From a virus, in IMG/VR virus record IMGVR_UViG_3300018080_000099, positions 128,001 to 192,000 of that record: 64,000 bases of DNA, one strand, 5' to 3'. The position numbers and the translations under genes were made by a program. The notes under the pieces were generated by a model, which did not search any database, was not told where the DNA came from, and saw only the letters and a program-made list of their open reading frames with translations. Position 1 is the stretch's first letter, and every line of letters starts with the position of its first letter. Positions 17,967-28,379 of the stretch are shown here, one piece after another.

Positions 17967-18851
17967 TTATTCGTCTGAGTTCTTCAAACTGTCGAAGAAG
18001 GTATCATCTTCACCGTCAAACACTGAATCTTCCGTGACTGCTTCAGGTTCCTTTGTGTCAGCTTTTGGTGCCGATGCCGGAGCATCTGCGGCTGGTGCCG
18101 ATGCCTGTGGTGCAGGAGCGGAAGGTGCGGTTGCTCCAACAACTCTTCTGAACTTGGATTCGAGTTCATCGTATGCCTTGAAGTTCTTCGGCTCTGTGAA
18201 TTCCTTCAAGCCGTAGAGGCTCTTGTGAATCTTTTCAATCTCTGCATCCGTACCGACTGATGAAGGAGACTCGAACTCACATGAATCGTAGTTCGGAAGG
18301 TTAAGGTTTCCGACCTTAATCTTCTTGATGATAAGGTCAAAGTCAGCACCATCGTAGTAATCGAAAACCATTACAGGTTCTTTGATGGCGTTTTCTTCGG
18401 GCTGAATCTTCTCCATAATCTTCTGATGAACCTTGAAACCGTATCTGAACAAGAAGACCTTGCCTTCGTTCTCAGGGTTTGCCGGGTCCTTCACGACGAG
18501 GATGTTGGAGTAGTAATTCTGCTTTCTCTTTCTGCTTCTGGCAGTGTCCGGGTCGGAATCCCAGATAGCAGAGTTGGCCTTACAGACAGGGCATTCCTTC
18601 TTCAGGGTTGTCGGACAATTCTCAATGTACCATCCACCAACACCACGAATTGAGTGGCTGTAGACGTTGACGAATGGGATGTCAGTGTCCGGACTCGGAA
18701 GGAATCTGATGACTGCCTGAGCCGTGCCGTTGTCGTTGAACTGAGGGTAGTAAATTCTTTCGTCCTTGAACGAATTCTTGTTGGACTTTTCTTGGTCCTT
18801 AATCTTGTTCATCGTGTTGCCCCAGTCAATCTTGAACTTCTTTTTCTGCAT
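17967..18851 (-). CDS. Single-stranded DNA-binding protein (T4 gp32 family)
   Basis: AQAVIRFLPS...WYIENC matches T4 gp32 QAVIRFLPS...WYIETC. Zinc-site Cys/His residues present. Acidic C-terminal tail. 294 aa. Confidence 0.85.
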   Translation of the reverse strand: MQKKKFKIDWGNTMNKIKDQEKSNKNSFKDERIYYPQFNDNGTAQAVIRFLPSPDTDIPFVNVYSHSIRGVGGWYIENCPTTLKKECPVCKANSAIWDSDPDTARSRKRKQNYYSNILVVKDPANPENEGKVFLFRYGFKVHQKIMEKIQPEENAIKEPVMVFDYYDGADFDLIIKKIKVGNLNLPNYDSCEFESPSSVGTDAEIEKIHKSLYGLKEFTEPKNFKAYDELESKFRRVVGATAPSAPAPQASAPAADAPASAPKADTKEPEAVTEDSVFDGEDDTFFDSLKNSDE

Positions 18852-19414
18852 TACTGCTTCCTCCTGTTTAGTATTGTTTTTATCTTCGTAACTACATGTA
18901 CGAATGACTTATAATCACTATTAAATATAACATTTTCCTTAGCATTTGTCAAGAGCTTTCCTAAATATTTTACGCAAAAAGCTAACGAAATTAAGCCTTT
19001 TTTTGTCAAGACAAACGCAATATTTGTACCATCTTCCTGCGCTTCAAAAAACTTGTCGGGGTTCTTGAATTTGAACTCCTTGTACACCGATGTCATCACT
19101 ACATGGTCAGCATCCAATTGCTTCTTCGTGAAGATTTGCTTGGTTGCCAAGACTGAGTCCAAATGAATCTTGCCAAGCACGCACTCTCCATCAATGGCAT
19201 ACTGACAAAGGATAGCGACGGCCAAATCTTCTTCGGTGTAGTAACTGTTCTCAATGTCATTGTAGAAGCGCTTACAATGATACTTGAGTCGGTTGTCGCC
19301 GTTCTCAAATTGCTTCTTGCCGACCTTGGAGAAGATGGACCTCTCCTTACCACTCCTCACATACTCGCCAATGTTTTTGACGATGGAGTACATCTGATAG
19401 ACTGAAGTATTCAT
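18851..19414 (-). CDS. Hypothetical protein (occupies the position of a helicase loader next to gp32)
   Basis: 187 aa. TAATG stop/start overlap with the gp32 gene. Confidence 0.4.
   Translation of the reverse strand: MNTSVYQMYSIVKNIGEYVRSGKERSIFSKVGKKQFENGDNRLKYHCKRFYNDIENSYYTEEDLAVAILCQYAIDGECVLGKIHLDSVLATKQIFTKKQLDADHVVMTSVYKEFKFKNPDKFFEAQEDGTNIAFVLTKKGLISLAFCVKYLGKLLTNAKENVIFNSDYKSFVHVVTKIKTILNRRKQ
18922..18952 (-). promoter_or_regulatory. Conserved early promoter upstream of gp32
   Basis: Minus strand: TTGACAaatgctaaggaaaatgtTATATT. Confidence 0.55.
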
Positions 19415-19818
19415 CCTAAAATCTCACCTAGATTGTTTTCGTCAATCTTGATTCGGAACTTGTTTGACAGCTCTCTTTTGAGAATGGATTTAGTCTCGTC
19501 ATCAAAGACTGACAGGATTCGTTTGAACTTGATAAATGACTCTTCCAAGTAGATAATGCAGTCAGTAATTGAGATGTGCGTTTCCTTCTTAATACTCCTC
19601 AAGGTATTGTTGAACCTGTACTGCTCTGTCGAACTCAACCTCTTTCCTTCAAAAATCTCTTTGAGTTCGTCATGTCCATATCCATGCTCTTCTAAGACGG
19701 AGAAGAACTCCGCCTTAGAAATTTCTTCCACGAGCACAGACTCATTAACCTTGTCAATTACCTTCTCTCTATCTACGGTTGTAATGTTATGCTTTGGCAC
19801 CCCTCTCTCCTTATTCAA
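19411..19818 (-). CDS. Hypothetical protein
   Basis: 135-aa ORF. Confidence 0.4.
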   Translation of the reverse strand: MNKERGVPKHNITTVDREKVIDKVNESVLVEEISKAEFFSVLEEHGYGHDELKEIFEGKRLSSTEQYRFNNTLRSIKKETHISITDCIIYLEESFIKFKRILSVFDDETKSILKRELSNKFRIKIDENNLGEILG

Positions 19819-21226
19819 ATTCTATTGTCTTTCCGAACTTATCCTTCCTATCCTTGTTCAGGACGTTTCGGGTTTCTTCAATTGCTTTATCGACAGCATT
19901 CTTGTCGCCGTTCGAACCCCCTCCAACTGTGCTGTTCTTTGAGAATGAAGCGGCAGTAGGCGCACCATTACCGTCCTCATCATCAGTAATCCTCATCTTG
20001 TCATAGTCCACATTCACCGGGAATCCGAACTTGTTAATTCCATATCGGTTCTTTAGCATAATCCACTGATACTTTCCTTGCTCCTTGAATTCCTTAGACT
20101 GCGTGACACCAATGATAACGTCAGCCGTTGCCGCGGTACCTATGGAGTCTGAAATGTCTGTCAAGTCAATCTCGGCATCACCGAATCCCTTACGGTTTGT
20201 CTGGACTGCTGATACGAAAGGAATAGCCATCTCGACAGCAAGAGCACGGATTTCCTCGGAGATTCTTTTGACTTCAAGATATGTGTTGTCCTGCTTGTTC
20301 TTGAAAATCGGGAGAAGTATACCAAGGTAGTCAACGTAGATAATGTCAGGCTTGAACTTCTTACGAACCTCAAGGTCCTTAACCAGATTCCGTATATGGT
20401 TAGCATTGATTGCTCTCGGTGGATATTCCTTAATGATGATTTTCTTCTGGGCTTCCTTCCGAATTTTTATGAACTTCTCATGGAACGTATTCTTTGGAAG
20501 TAGTCGAAGGTCATGAAGGTTCACGTCAAACAGATTCGACATCACTCTCTCGGAAATCTTGTCCTCAGACATTTCGCAAGTAATGTACAGCACGTTCTTA
20601 TTCCGCAACATGGAATCAACTGCTAATGAAGCCATGATGAGGGACTTACCCATGTTAGTCTCTGCCATGAATAGTGTCAGAGACTTCTCATGGAATCCAC
20701 CGTCAATGCATTTGTTCAAAGCTTGTATTGGACTTGGGATGTACTTGTCACGGTTATGCAAGTAGTTGTACAATCGGTCTTCTTCATCCATGAAGTCCAA
20801 CCCTACCTTCGTATCGAAGCTGAAGGCGATGGCTTCTCTAAGTTTATCAGGAGACTGTTTAAGTTCTTCCATCTTGTCGTTGTTGAGTGACATTGCCACA
20901 TCAACATTGACATTTGAGATGAGTTTCTTCCTGAAGAAATCTTCTATCTCTCCTTCGAGAAACTCGCTTTTGTATTCGGACACATCCATGTCCATAATTT
21001 CAAAAAGCTGATTGAACGCCTCTTCGTTTTTCATGTCCAGCTTCATCTCAGCGACGGAAGGAAACTTCTCAAATCGCTTGTTGAACTGTATGACATCTTT
21101 TATGATTTGGATGTTTTTGTGGTCATCGAAAATGTCAGGTACGAGAAAGGGCATGACCCTATCTCGCACCTTATCTTCGGTGAACATCAGCTTAATTAAA
21201 ATTTTCTCGAAAAATACAGGTTCCAT
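19811..21226 (-). CDS. Replicative DNA helicase, DnaB family (T4 gp41-like)
   Basis: Walker A AETNMGKSLI and a DnaB H4-like VQTNRKG. 471 aa (T4 gp41 is 475 aa). Confidence 0.8.
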   Translation of the reverse strand: MEPVFFEKILIKLMFTEDKVRDRVMPFLVPDIFDDHKNIQIIKDVIQFNKRFEKFPSVAEMKLDMKNEEAFNQLFEIMDMDVSEYKSEFLEGEIEDFFRKKLISNVNVDVAMSLNNDKMEELKQSPDKLREAIAFSFDTKVGLDFMDEEDRLYNYLHNRDKYIPSPIQALNKCIDGGFHEKSLTLFMAETNMGKSLIMASLAVDSMLRNKNVLYITCEMSEDKISERVMSNLFDVNLHDLRLLPKNTFHEKFIKIRKEAQKKIIIKEYPPRAINANHIRNLVKDLEVRKKFKPDIIYVDYLGILLPIFKNKQDNTYLEVKRISEEIRALAVEMAIPFVSAVQTNRKGFGDAEIDLTDISDSIGTAATADVIIGVTQSKEFKEQGKYQWIMLKNRYGINKFGFPVNVDYDKMRITDDEDGNGAPTAASFSKNSTVGGGSNGDKNAVDKAIEETRNVLNKDRKDKFGKTIEFE

Positions 21227-22323
21227 TACTTCTTTTTTCCAGCCTTCTTCGGAGCATTACCATTAAGTACTTCAAGAGCTTCTTCCTCGGTGGCAATGTC
21301 CAAAGGATTGCTAAATGTATATTTCTTTTCAAGATACTGCTTGAAATCAGTGTCGTTAAAAACTGGTAGCCAAAAGTCCGCCGTGTATATCTCGGTGTTC
21401 TTAACCGGCTTGTCATCCTTGATGTGGGTCCTTCCGCAATATCCTACCTTCGGCACATCAACGAATCCACCTTCCAAAGCATCATTCAAGATACCGTAGA
21501 AGATGTCCAGTCCACCATTCACCTTGATACGGAACTTAAGCTTTGACTTCTCCCTTGAGAATCTTGACTTGTAGGTTTCCGCGGTGATAAGATGTCCGAC
21601 AATCTCAGGATTGGAAGCGGACTTCTTCTCTTTGGCTCTGCTTCTTCCAAGCACAACACAGTCACTGTTGAATACAATCTTGCGTCCACCCGGTACTTGC
21701 ATGGTGTCACCCATTCCACCTACGTTATCGTAGACGTGGTTGACTACAAAGAAAGTACATTTGGTGTTCAGCATAATGTTGGCGAGGTTGTTCTTCTTTT
21801 TCGGAATGGTGAAATCGGCGGCGTCATTACCAACGAGTGCATTGCTCAGAGTCTTTGATGTCACCAAGGCACCCCAACTGTCAATGACAAAGAACACGTT
21901 TTTACGTTGCTCCTTTTCTACCTGTGTAGCAATAGTCATGATGATTCCCGATACATCCTCAATGCCGTTCTCCTGAAGAACAACGAGTTTGTCCGGGCTA
22001 ATGTCGATACCGATTGCCTGAGCAAACTGGAAGCTGAAGGCTCTTTCGGTGTCGATGATACAGACTTGCATTCCCCTCTTCTGAGCATTTTTAACCAGTC
22101 CATATGCAATGAAAGACTTACCAAGCATTGACGGTGCTGAAATCATTGACATTCTACCAATCGGGATTCCGCCGTCTACTCGGCCACTGTAAAGCAGATT
22201 CAGAGCAATGATGTTCGTTGAAAGGAACTCAGTTGGCTCGTCCTCTGTAAAAAGATACTCAGACAAGGCTGGACTATCTTTAGTAGCCTTATCCTTAATT
22301 ACTATGTCGTACAAACTCCTCAT
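21226..22323 (-). CDS. RecA-family recombinase (UvsX-like)
   Basis: Walker A SAPSMLGKSF, Walker-B-like VFFVIDSWGAL, and a RecA VVNH/INQ-like block. 365 aa. Confidence 0.65.
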   Translation of the reverse strand: MRSLYDIVIKDKATKDSPALSEYLFTEDEPTEFLSTNIIALNLLYSGRVDGGIPIGRMSMISAPSMLGKSFIAYGLVKNAQKRGMQVCIIDTERAFSFQFAQAIGIDISPDKLVVLQENGIEDVSGIIMTIATQVEKEQRKNVFFVIDSWGALVTSKTLSNALVGNDAADFTIPKKKNNLANIMLNTKCTFFVVNHVYDNVGGMGDTMQVPGGRKIVFNSDCVVLGRSRAKEKKSASNPEIVGHLITAETYKSRFSREKSKLKFRIKVNGGLDIFYGILNDALEGGFVDVPKVGYCGRTHIKDDKPVKNTEIYTADFWLPVFNDTDFKQYLEKKYTFSNPLDIATEEEALEVLNGNAPKKAGKKK

Positions 22324-22637
22324 TGTGCCTCCTTCTTAATGATTTCACCCATGAAATCATCATTTTCGTTCTCAAATGCTAAATAAGTGTCTATCTCTCT
22401 CATGATACAATTTGTAAAGTTAGCGTGTCCGTAACTTTTCTTTTCAATGAAGTATTTTTCAATTCCCTTACCAACCAGTTCCTCCAGTGTGCCGCGCTCA
22501 ATAACTACCTTAGACATGAGCCACCCCTTTGCTAAAATTGTATAAGTTCTTCCAGAGAGTTTTCTTCGAGCTGAATGTCGCCCCATTCCAGTACATCGAA
22601 GAAGCGTTGAATCGCGTTCTGAAACACCCTGTTCCAC
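22320..22637 (-). CDS. Small hypothetical protein
   Basis: 105-aa ORF between the recombinase and polymerase genes; the track ORF appears to overlap the polymerase 3' end. Confidence 0.3.
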   Translation of the reverse strand: MEQGVSERDSTLLRCTGMGRHSARRKLSGRTYTILAKGWLMSKVVIERGTLEELVGKGIEKYFIEKKSYGHANFTNCIMREIDTYLAFENENDDFMGEIIKKEAQ

Positions 22638-25129
22638 TGCGACTCAATATCAACATAGAATAGCTCATCAAATTCCTTCGGCCATTCATTGATAAACCCG
22701 ATGACGTTCTGATGTAGTTCATTCTTTGCTGGGGCTACATGCATGAACTTCATCTTAGTTCCATTGTTGACATGCATCAACGGCAGATTATGCTTGGCGA
22801 CAATGAAGTTGTAATTCATTGCGGCTCTGACATGTTTTGGTAGATTCTTGGGATAGTATATCTCGTTTGCTTTCAAGTATGTCTCAACTGGTTCTGCATA
22901 CTTCTGATAGTCCTTAATCCCTGTAGGTACTGCAATGTCTGATGGGTCTGCCTTTAGGAACTCGTCATGTGTCTTTCTCAGCTTTTCAAGAACCGGCTTC
23001 TTGTCGGCTCCCTTAACCTCAAATATTTTTTCAATAACGCTCATGATTCTATCACGGCTGAACTTCGGTGTGTCGGTACGCACAACCTCAATTCCCGTAA
23101 TCGAAATCTTAGGCTTTTCAATGTACAACTTATCTTCATTGGCAATGACTTCATCTGCATACTTCTTCTTTGCCAATATGAACTTCTGAGTAATAATCTT
23201 CTCCCTCTTGAAGTCAATCAACTGCGGAACACCGTATCTCTTAGCATAGATTGTCAGTATTTTGTCGAAGAACGGGTTGAAGAACCTGTCATTCAGCTTC
23301 TGAATCCATGTCATGAACTGCTCATTGCTCATGTCAGTTAAGCCCATGTTTTGCACAATCTCGTCAAGGCATACATAGTTGGAGTCCGTGTCCACAAGAA
23401 CTACTACATCATTCTTAAGTGGTTTCCATTCTCCATTAAAATCTGGAAATACCTTCGGAGCAATGTTATGCCAGTTGGACTTCATGTATGTGTTCAATGA
23501 GTCCGACAGATACTTAATCAAGTCCTGTCCACCAAGTGTAACGGCAATCGCATTGTTGACGTTAAAGAAGTTGAAGTATTCATTTCCAAGGACTCCGTAC
23601 ATTGAGTTGATAAGAATTTTTCTAATCAACTGCTGGGAGTCATAATACTCGGCTGTTTCACCTTCACTCTTTGCTTCTGCGACAAGTTCAGGTGGGTAAC
23701 TGTCAAGCGGTCTGCCTTTATTGATAGCATCCACGATGAAGCCTTTCTTCTTGAGCTTCTTACGTTCTTCGTAGATGTCACTGACAATCTCTGCAAGGAT
23801 TCCCTTCTTGTCCTTGCGATAGTAGATTCCACCTGTGTCAAACTTACCTTCAGCCGTGTCCCATGTCTTGTATTCAGAGAGCGGAGTCTTGAAGTATTCT
23901 TCCGGATTCTCAGGATTGAGGACAAGGGTTTCAGGTGAAATGTTGTACATCATAATCATGTGCGGATACATGGAAGCTACGTCAAAGGAAACGAGCCATT
24001 TAAAGAAGCCCGGCTTTGCCATAACGTATGCACCCGGAAACTTTCCTTCCTTTTTCACAGAAGGCCTATCGGGGAACACAATGTTTCTCTCATGCATGTA
24101 CTTCAACATATAGCCAGTGATGAGGGAGATGGATGAAAAGATTCTATCAAACGGGATTAATGCCTGATAACAGAAACTGATAGTCAGGGCAATATGCTTC
24201 TTCTTTTCTTCTATCTTCTTACACAACAGTACGTCTTGCACATTATACTCAACAAATCCGTTCCAATCCTTCTCCCATGCATCATTGACTGTTCCTTCTA
24301 AGTCTTTCTTACCTTCTTTAACTTCAAGTTCCCCGATGGCCTGAAGTGAATATCGTTCTCTATTTTCATAGACGAAGTTCTTGTATAAGTCAAGTCCATC
24401 CAAGATGGATATTCCTGCAATGTCGTAACCACCACCAGTGATGTGATAGCCACCTGTTCTCTTTTCCCGGTAGATGTTGAGCGGTGAAAGAGAATGTGTG
24501 ATGCCAAGAACATTACTGCGGTTGACAAGATAAGGAACGTCGAAGAATCTGATGTTCCATCCAGTCATGATGTCAACTTGCTTCTTACGGAAATGCTGAA
24601 TGAATCTCTCCAGCATTGTCTTTTCATCTGGACAGTAATGATAATTCTTTAGTAGTGGACTATTGCCGGTGTATGGTTTGGTTCCGAATGTATAGACTTC
24701 ATCATTCTTTGAGTAGTGAACCGAAATCAAGTTGACTGGATACTTGGCATGTTCAGGGCGAGGGAACTCATACTTAGATTCAACCTCGATGTCGATGGTA
24801 GCTATTTGGAATGTGTCTAGGTCAGGCTTGAGTTTCTTCCCCATGTATCTCTTTTGGAGGAACTTAATATCTTCACCGATGTCGGTTTCACAGGTAGGCA
24901 TTGCTTCTGCAACAGCTTTCATGTCTTTGCGAGTATCGCTTGTCATGAGGGCAACAGGTTTCCCGAAGATGTCGCGGTATTGGGATTGTCCTGTTTTATC
25001 TGGTGCGTAGTATTCGAACTTTGGATGGAAGTCTAGCTTTCTTCTCTTTCCATCTACGTTCTCTATACAGTACAAACGGTTTTTATAACCGTCGTAGAAT
25101 ATTCTGGTAAACATTGATTCTCCTATCAA
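22532..25129 (-). CDS. DNA polymerase, family B (T4 gp43-like)
   Basis: Motif C VLVDTDSNYV (DTDS) and motif B KILINSMYGVLG (KxxxNSxYG). 865 aa. Confidence 0.9.
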   Translation of the reverse strand: MIGESMFTRIFYDGYKNRLYCIENVDGKRRKLDFHPKFEYYAPDKTGQSQYRDIFGKPVALMTSDTRKDMKAVAEAMPTCETDIGEDIKFLQKRYMGKKLKPDLDTFQIATIDIEVESKYEFPRPEHAKYPVNLISVHYSKNDEVYTFGTKPYTGNSPLLKNYHYCPDEKTMLERFIQHFRKKQVDIMTGWNIRFFDVPYLVNRSNVLGITHSLSPLNIYREKRTGGYHITGGGYDIAGISILDGLDLYKNFVYENRERYSLQAIGELEVKEGKKDLEGTVNDAWEKDWNGFVEYNVQDVLLCKKIEEKKKHIALTISFCYQALIPFDRIFSSISLITGYMLKYMHERNIVFPDRPSVKKEGKFPGAYVMAKPGFFKWLVSFDVASMYPHMIMMYNISPETLVLNPENPEEYFKTPLSEYKTWDTAEGKFDTGGIYYRKDKKGILAEIVSDIYEERKKLKKKGFIVDAINKGRPLDSYPPELVAEAKSEGETAEYYDSQQLIRKILINSMYGVLGNEYFNFFNVNNAIAVTLGGQDLIKYLSDSLNTYMKSNWHNIAPKVFPDFNGEWKPLKNDVVVLVDTDSNYVCLDEIVQNMGLTDMSNEQFMTWIQKLNDRFFNPFFDKILTIYAKRYGVPQLIDFKREKIITQKFILAKKKYADEVIANEDKLYIEKPKISITGIEVVRTDTPKFSRDRIMSVIEKIFEVKGADKKPVLEKLRKTHDEFLKADPSDIAVPTGIKDYQKYAEPVETYLKANEIYYPKNLPKHVRAAMNYNFIVAKHNLPLMHVNNGTKMKFMHVAPAKNELHQNVIGFINEWPKEFDELFYVDIESQWNRVFQNAIQRFFDVLEWGDIQLEENSLEELIQF

Positions 25130-25314
25130 ATAATATGGGTGAGGAATTCCTGAACATCATTGTCGCCGTGCTCTATGAGGAATCCTAACATAAGATAACA
25201 TATTCTTGACAGGATGTAAAGAGCCAAATTGCAAAAAGCTGTCCAGCAGAGCATAAATGTTAGGAAAAACACAATGGGTTGTATCATTTGTCAACTTCCG
25301 TCTGTATTTTGTGG

Positions 25315-25566
25315 TTAACTTACGTCGCCGTTCTCTTTAATCTTCTCGTTCTCGTAGTGTGCTGTAAACCTTCTCCTGATTTCAGCGGCACACTCTTCCA
25401 GTTCCCCACAAAAGGCTTTGTAGTTTTTGTAGCCCGGTTGAACAGTTTTAAGACAGAACTTAAAGAGCACGTAGTTAAGCTTGCCGTCTGGTTGTACGCC
25501 TTGCTTAATCATTTCGTCTACTACTATATCCATTGGTGGTCTGTCAGCTTGTTTGATATAAGGCAT
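25315..25566 (-). CDS. Small hypothetical protein
   Basis: 83-aa ORF. Confidence 0.35.
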   Translation of the reverse strand: MPYIKQADRPPMDIVVDEMIKQGVQPDGKLNYVLFKFCLKTVQPGYKNYKAFCGELEECAAEIRRRFTAHYENEKIKENGDVS

Positions 25567-25766
25567 TATGCCTCCCTATGTTCGGTATGTGGGTAGTTGT
25601 ATAGAAGGTTTTGAGTGGCACCACACTTTTCGCATGTATGAGGATATTGAGGAGGATAACTAGTCAGTGTGATGCCTCTCCACTTCATCTTACCTACTTT
25701 ACATTCATCACAAATGTAATCAACTTTATATACTTTCACTTCAGTTTTTTGTTCCACTATTCCCAC
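25566..25766 (-). CDS. Small zinc-ribbon protein
   Basis: CDECK...CEKCG in 66 aa. Confidence 0.35.
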   Translation of the reverse strand: MGIVEQKTEVKVYKVDYICDECKVGKMKWRGITLTSYPPQYPHTCEKCGATQNLLYNYPHTEHREA

Positions 25767-26053
25767 TCCTTGGGTTCATCATCTTCGTCCGTCAACCCGT
25801 CAATAGCTTCTGGATGATGTTCAATGTACTCAGTACAGTCATTGAAAATCTGGTTAGCATACTTGTAGATTTCATCCTTTGTCATTTCTTCTTTTCCAGC
25901 AACCTGAAAAGCAATCATTACACAAGCCGCATTGATAGCCGTAGGAACGTCAAGGTTGTCATCATTTTCCATAAGTCTTTCGGCAACAAGATTGACATGT
26001 TTGAATAGCTCAGCTGGGTCTTTCAGTCTGATATGTTCTGCCATGAATTTCAT
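25757..26053 (-). CDS. Hypothetical acidic protein
   Basis: 98-aa ORF. Confidence 0.4.
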   Translation of the reverse strand: MKFMAEHIRLKDPAELFKHVNLVAERLMENDDNLDVPTAINAACVMIAFQVAGKEEMTKDEIYKYANQIFNDCTEYIEHHPEAIDGLTDEDDEPKEWE

Positions 26054-26054
26054 G

Positions 26055-26630
26055 TTATCTCCCTAGTATTTCAGATAGTGAGCTTTTTTGATTATTGATG
26101 ACTACACCACTCTTGACAATCTTCAGGTTTTTGACCCACGGTGATATGTAGTACATTCCGACAATGTAGTCAGCGTAACCTTCCTGTCGGTTCCCACGGA
26201 AGCTTCTTTTACCACGAGGTGGATTGGGTAGCCTTTTAACGTCCATTCTTTGACCGTACATAAGAATAGCAGTGCCATCTCTTGGAAAGAATCTGTCGAA
26301 GTATCCAATACCTGTTCGTTCTGCATACCAGTTCTCGATGTTTACCTGTTCGAGGTTAAACTCTAAGTAAGGGCCGTGGTCGCCAAAAACAATTCGTGTG
26401 TACCCCTTACACAACAGGTTGTCATGTTTCGTGAGGAAAGTTGTTTCGGAGTTGCCTTCTTCGGTGAGAGGTATTGCTTCCAAAAGTTCTTTTCTATCAC
26501 GAATCCTGTTCTCATAGATTGCTGTTGTTTCAAACAAGTTCCCACACCTTATCTGAGACTTCATACGACTGTTCGTACTCATTGTAATCTTCGTCCAAGA
26601 AGCTTTCATTTGGAATCGGAACTTCTTCAT
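26055..26630 (-). CDS. Hypothetical protein
   Basis: 191-aa ORF. Confidence 0.45.
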   Translation of the reverse strand: MKKFRFQMKASWTKITMSTNSRMKSQIRCGNLFETTAIYENRIRDRKELLEAIPLTEEGNSETTFLTKHDNLLCKGYTRIVFGDHGPYLEFNLEQVNIENWYAERTGIGYFDRFFPRDGTAILMYGQRMDVKRLPNPPRGKRSFRGNRQEGYADYIVGMYYISPWVKNLKIVKSGVVINNQKSSLSEILGR

Positions 26631-26774
26631 GCTTCTCTATGAGATTATCTTCAGGTACATCCAGTCTTTCAAACATGTACTCACTGCCGGGCTCTGCTCT
26701 GACAACGTATGGGTCATTCAGTAACCAGTTAGCGTAGTTAATGTAATCTCTATATTTCATACTGTTATGTCTAA

Positions 26775-26990
26775 TTATTCAACAGACAAAGCTTCTTTTT
26801 TTGTCTCTTTATTATTAAAAATAGCTTTAATCTGACCATCACCAGTTTCATTTTTTTCCATTCTATTGAGAAGCTTTTTAACTTCCTTAACCAAGAAATT
26901 TTTGTTTACTTGGTTTAATTTTGAATGGTAACTGTCAAGAGTTAATAAACAAGATGTTATAATCCCATAATCCATTTTATCAATTCTCAT
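26775..26990 (-). CDS. Small hypothetical protein (AT-rich)
   Basis: 71-aa ORF. Confidence 0.3.
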   Translation of the reverse strand: MRIDKMDYGIITSCLLTLDSYHSKLNQVNKNFLVKEVKKLLNRMEKNETGDGQIKAIFNNKETKKEALSVE

Positions 26991-26999
26991 AATTCCTCC

Positions 27000-27485
27000 T
27001 TAATATTGTGCGCTATGCCATGCCTTGTAGAACTCATTGATGATTTTGTGCTCAAGCAAATCATCTACACTCGGAACAATCCAACTCGCGAAGTATTCCA
27101 AGAACGGATGGAACTTGTATTGGTCTTCATCAGTAATCATGATGATTGGCTTGTGCATCTGCCAACCCCAAGCAAGTTCACATATGGTTCCAGTTAGCGG
27201 TCGGGTCTTTCCAAACCTGTCCATGTTGACAACAATCAAGTCACACTTCTCGACACATGTGTAATCCTTATGGACGATGGCATGTGGCGGAATCTGACCT
27301 TTCAATCCGTCCGGAGAAATTTCAGCAAAGTTTTCCCCATTGAGCGGGTCGAGCCAACAAATAGGATAGCGCTTATTCTGCCCTTTCCAGTTGTCATAAT
27401 GCTCGCGAATCCTGACTCTCCACTCCGTACATTCCTTAATAACCTGTCCCTGAATGTACCCGGCAAGATAAACTTTCATTGCCAT
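27000..27485 (-). CDS. Nucleoside 2-deoxyribosyltransferase-like protein
   Basis: N-terminal VYLAGYIQG and a distal PLTGTICELAWGW, the YLAG...GTxxExxxA pattern of this fold. Confidence 0.5.
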   Translation of the reverse strand: MAMKVYLAGYIQGQVIKECTEWRVRIREHYDNWKGQNKRYPICWLDPLNGENFAEISPDGLKGQIPPHAIVHKDYTCVEKCDLIVVNMDRFGKTRPLTGTICELAWGWQMHKPIIMITDEDQYKFHPFLEYFASWIVPSVDDLLEHKIINEFYKAWHSAQY

Positions 27486-27488
27486 AAC

Positions 27489-28379
27489 CTACTCCTTTCG
27501 TTTTGCCAATTTCTCAGCAATTTCGTCCTCAAGTACTTTTACCTTCATTTTGAAGTCATTGAGGTCGGTTGTAAAGAAGCCTGCTGACTCAGCATGGCCT
27601 CCGCCCCATCCATGAGTTTTAAGTATCTCACCGGCATTCAAACCTTCAATACGGTGACGGACTGAAACTCTTTCAGTCGATGGGTTACGAACAAAAATGA
27701 TATTGTAGCCTTCTTCATTCATCAGTCTATCACAAATCTCATTGATGAATTCTCTGGACTGTGCAATACACCCGTTGAGCTTATCAAACTCGAATGCTGT
27801 CAGATTATTGTAAATCTTCTCGAACTTGATTGCTCTTTCCTCAAGCCATGCTTCCTCTTCTTCGGTGAAAGTGGTGCGTCCGTCAAAGAACTTGTCACGG
27901 AACTTGTTTGGACGATAGAGATAGAACATGACATCATTCATCTGCTTACTTTTAGGGTCATTCAGAATCCACATGTCATAGTCGTTAGTCATCTCCACCA
28001 AATCCCTAAGATGGTCGAGTTTGATGTCGTACATTTTTTCCACAAACCTTAGAGTCAGTTTGGCTCCGCATATGCCGGGAATGACATAATGCATCTTGGA
28101 TGGGTCAGTGTACTCCTCTGCCGACTCGTGGTGGTCGAGTAGGATAATCTTGTCGGACAGATAGAGGTTCTGCTGTAAGTCAGGATGGATGTCTGTCAGG
28201 ATGACATAATCGTACTTATCGTATTCAAGTGACTCAAGGATAGAGTCGATTTTGTAGAACGAAGTGTTGAGAAACGTGATGTTGTCATACACATGTCCTA
28301 ATACGATTTGAGCAACTGTTCCATCCAAATCGTTATGGCTTATGCTAAAAATCTTAGCATCTAATGGGATTTTCTTCAT
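27489..28379 (-). CDS. DHH-family phosphoesterase (NrnA/RecJ-like)
   Basis: Motifs HNDLDGT, ILTDIHPD and LLDHHES (the DHH triad). 296 aa. Confidence 0.65.
   Translation of the reverse strand: MKKIPLDAKIFSISHNDLDGTVAQIVLGHVYDNITFLNTSFYKIDSILESLEYDKYDYVILTDIHPDLQQNLYLSDKIILLDHHESAEEYTDPSKMHYVIPGICGAKLTLRFVEKMYDIKLDHLRDLVEMTNDYDMWILNDPKSKQMNDVMFYLYRPNKFRDKFFDGRTTFTEEEEAWLEERAIKFEKIYNNLTAFEFDKLNGCIAQSREFINEICDRLMNEEGYNIIFVRNPSTERVSVRHRIEGLNAGEILKTHGWGGGHAESAGFFTTDLNDFKMKVKVLEDEIAEKLAKRKE

Noticed and set aside
25140-25230. Rearranged copy of the early promoter motif upstream of the DNA polymerase, with ATAACAT adjacent to TTGACA on the same strand
   Set aside because: The element order and spacing do not give a -35/-10 pair on the minus strand. 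Kept as an uncertain remnant and not called as a promoter feature.
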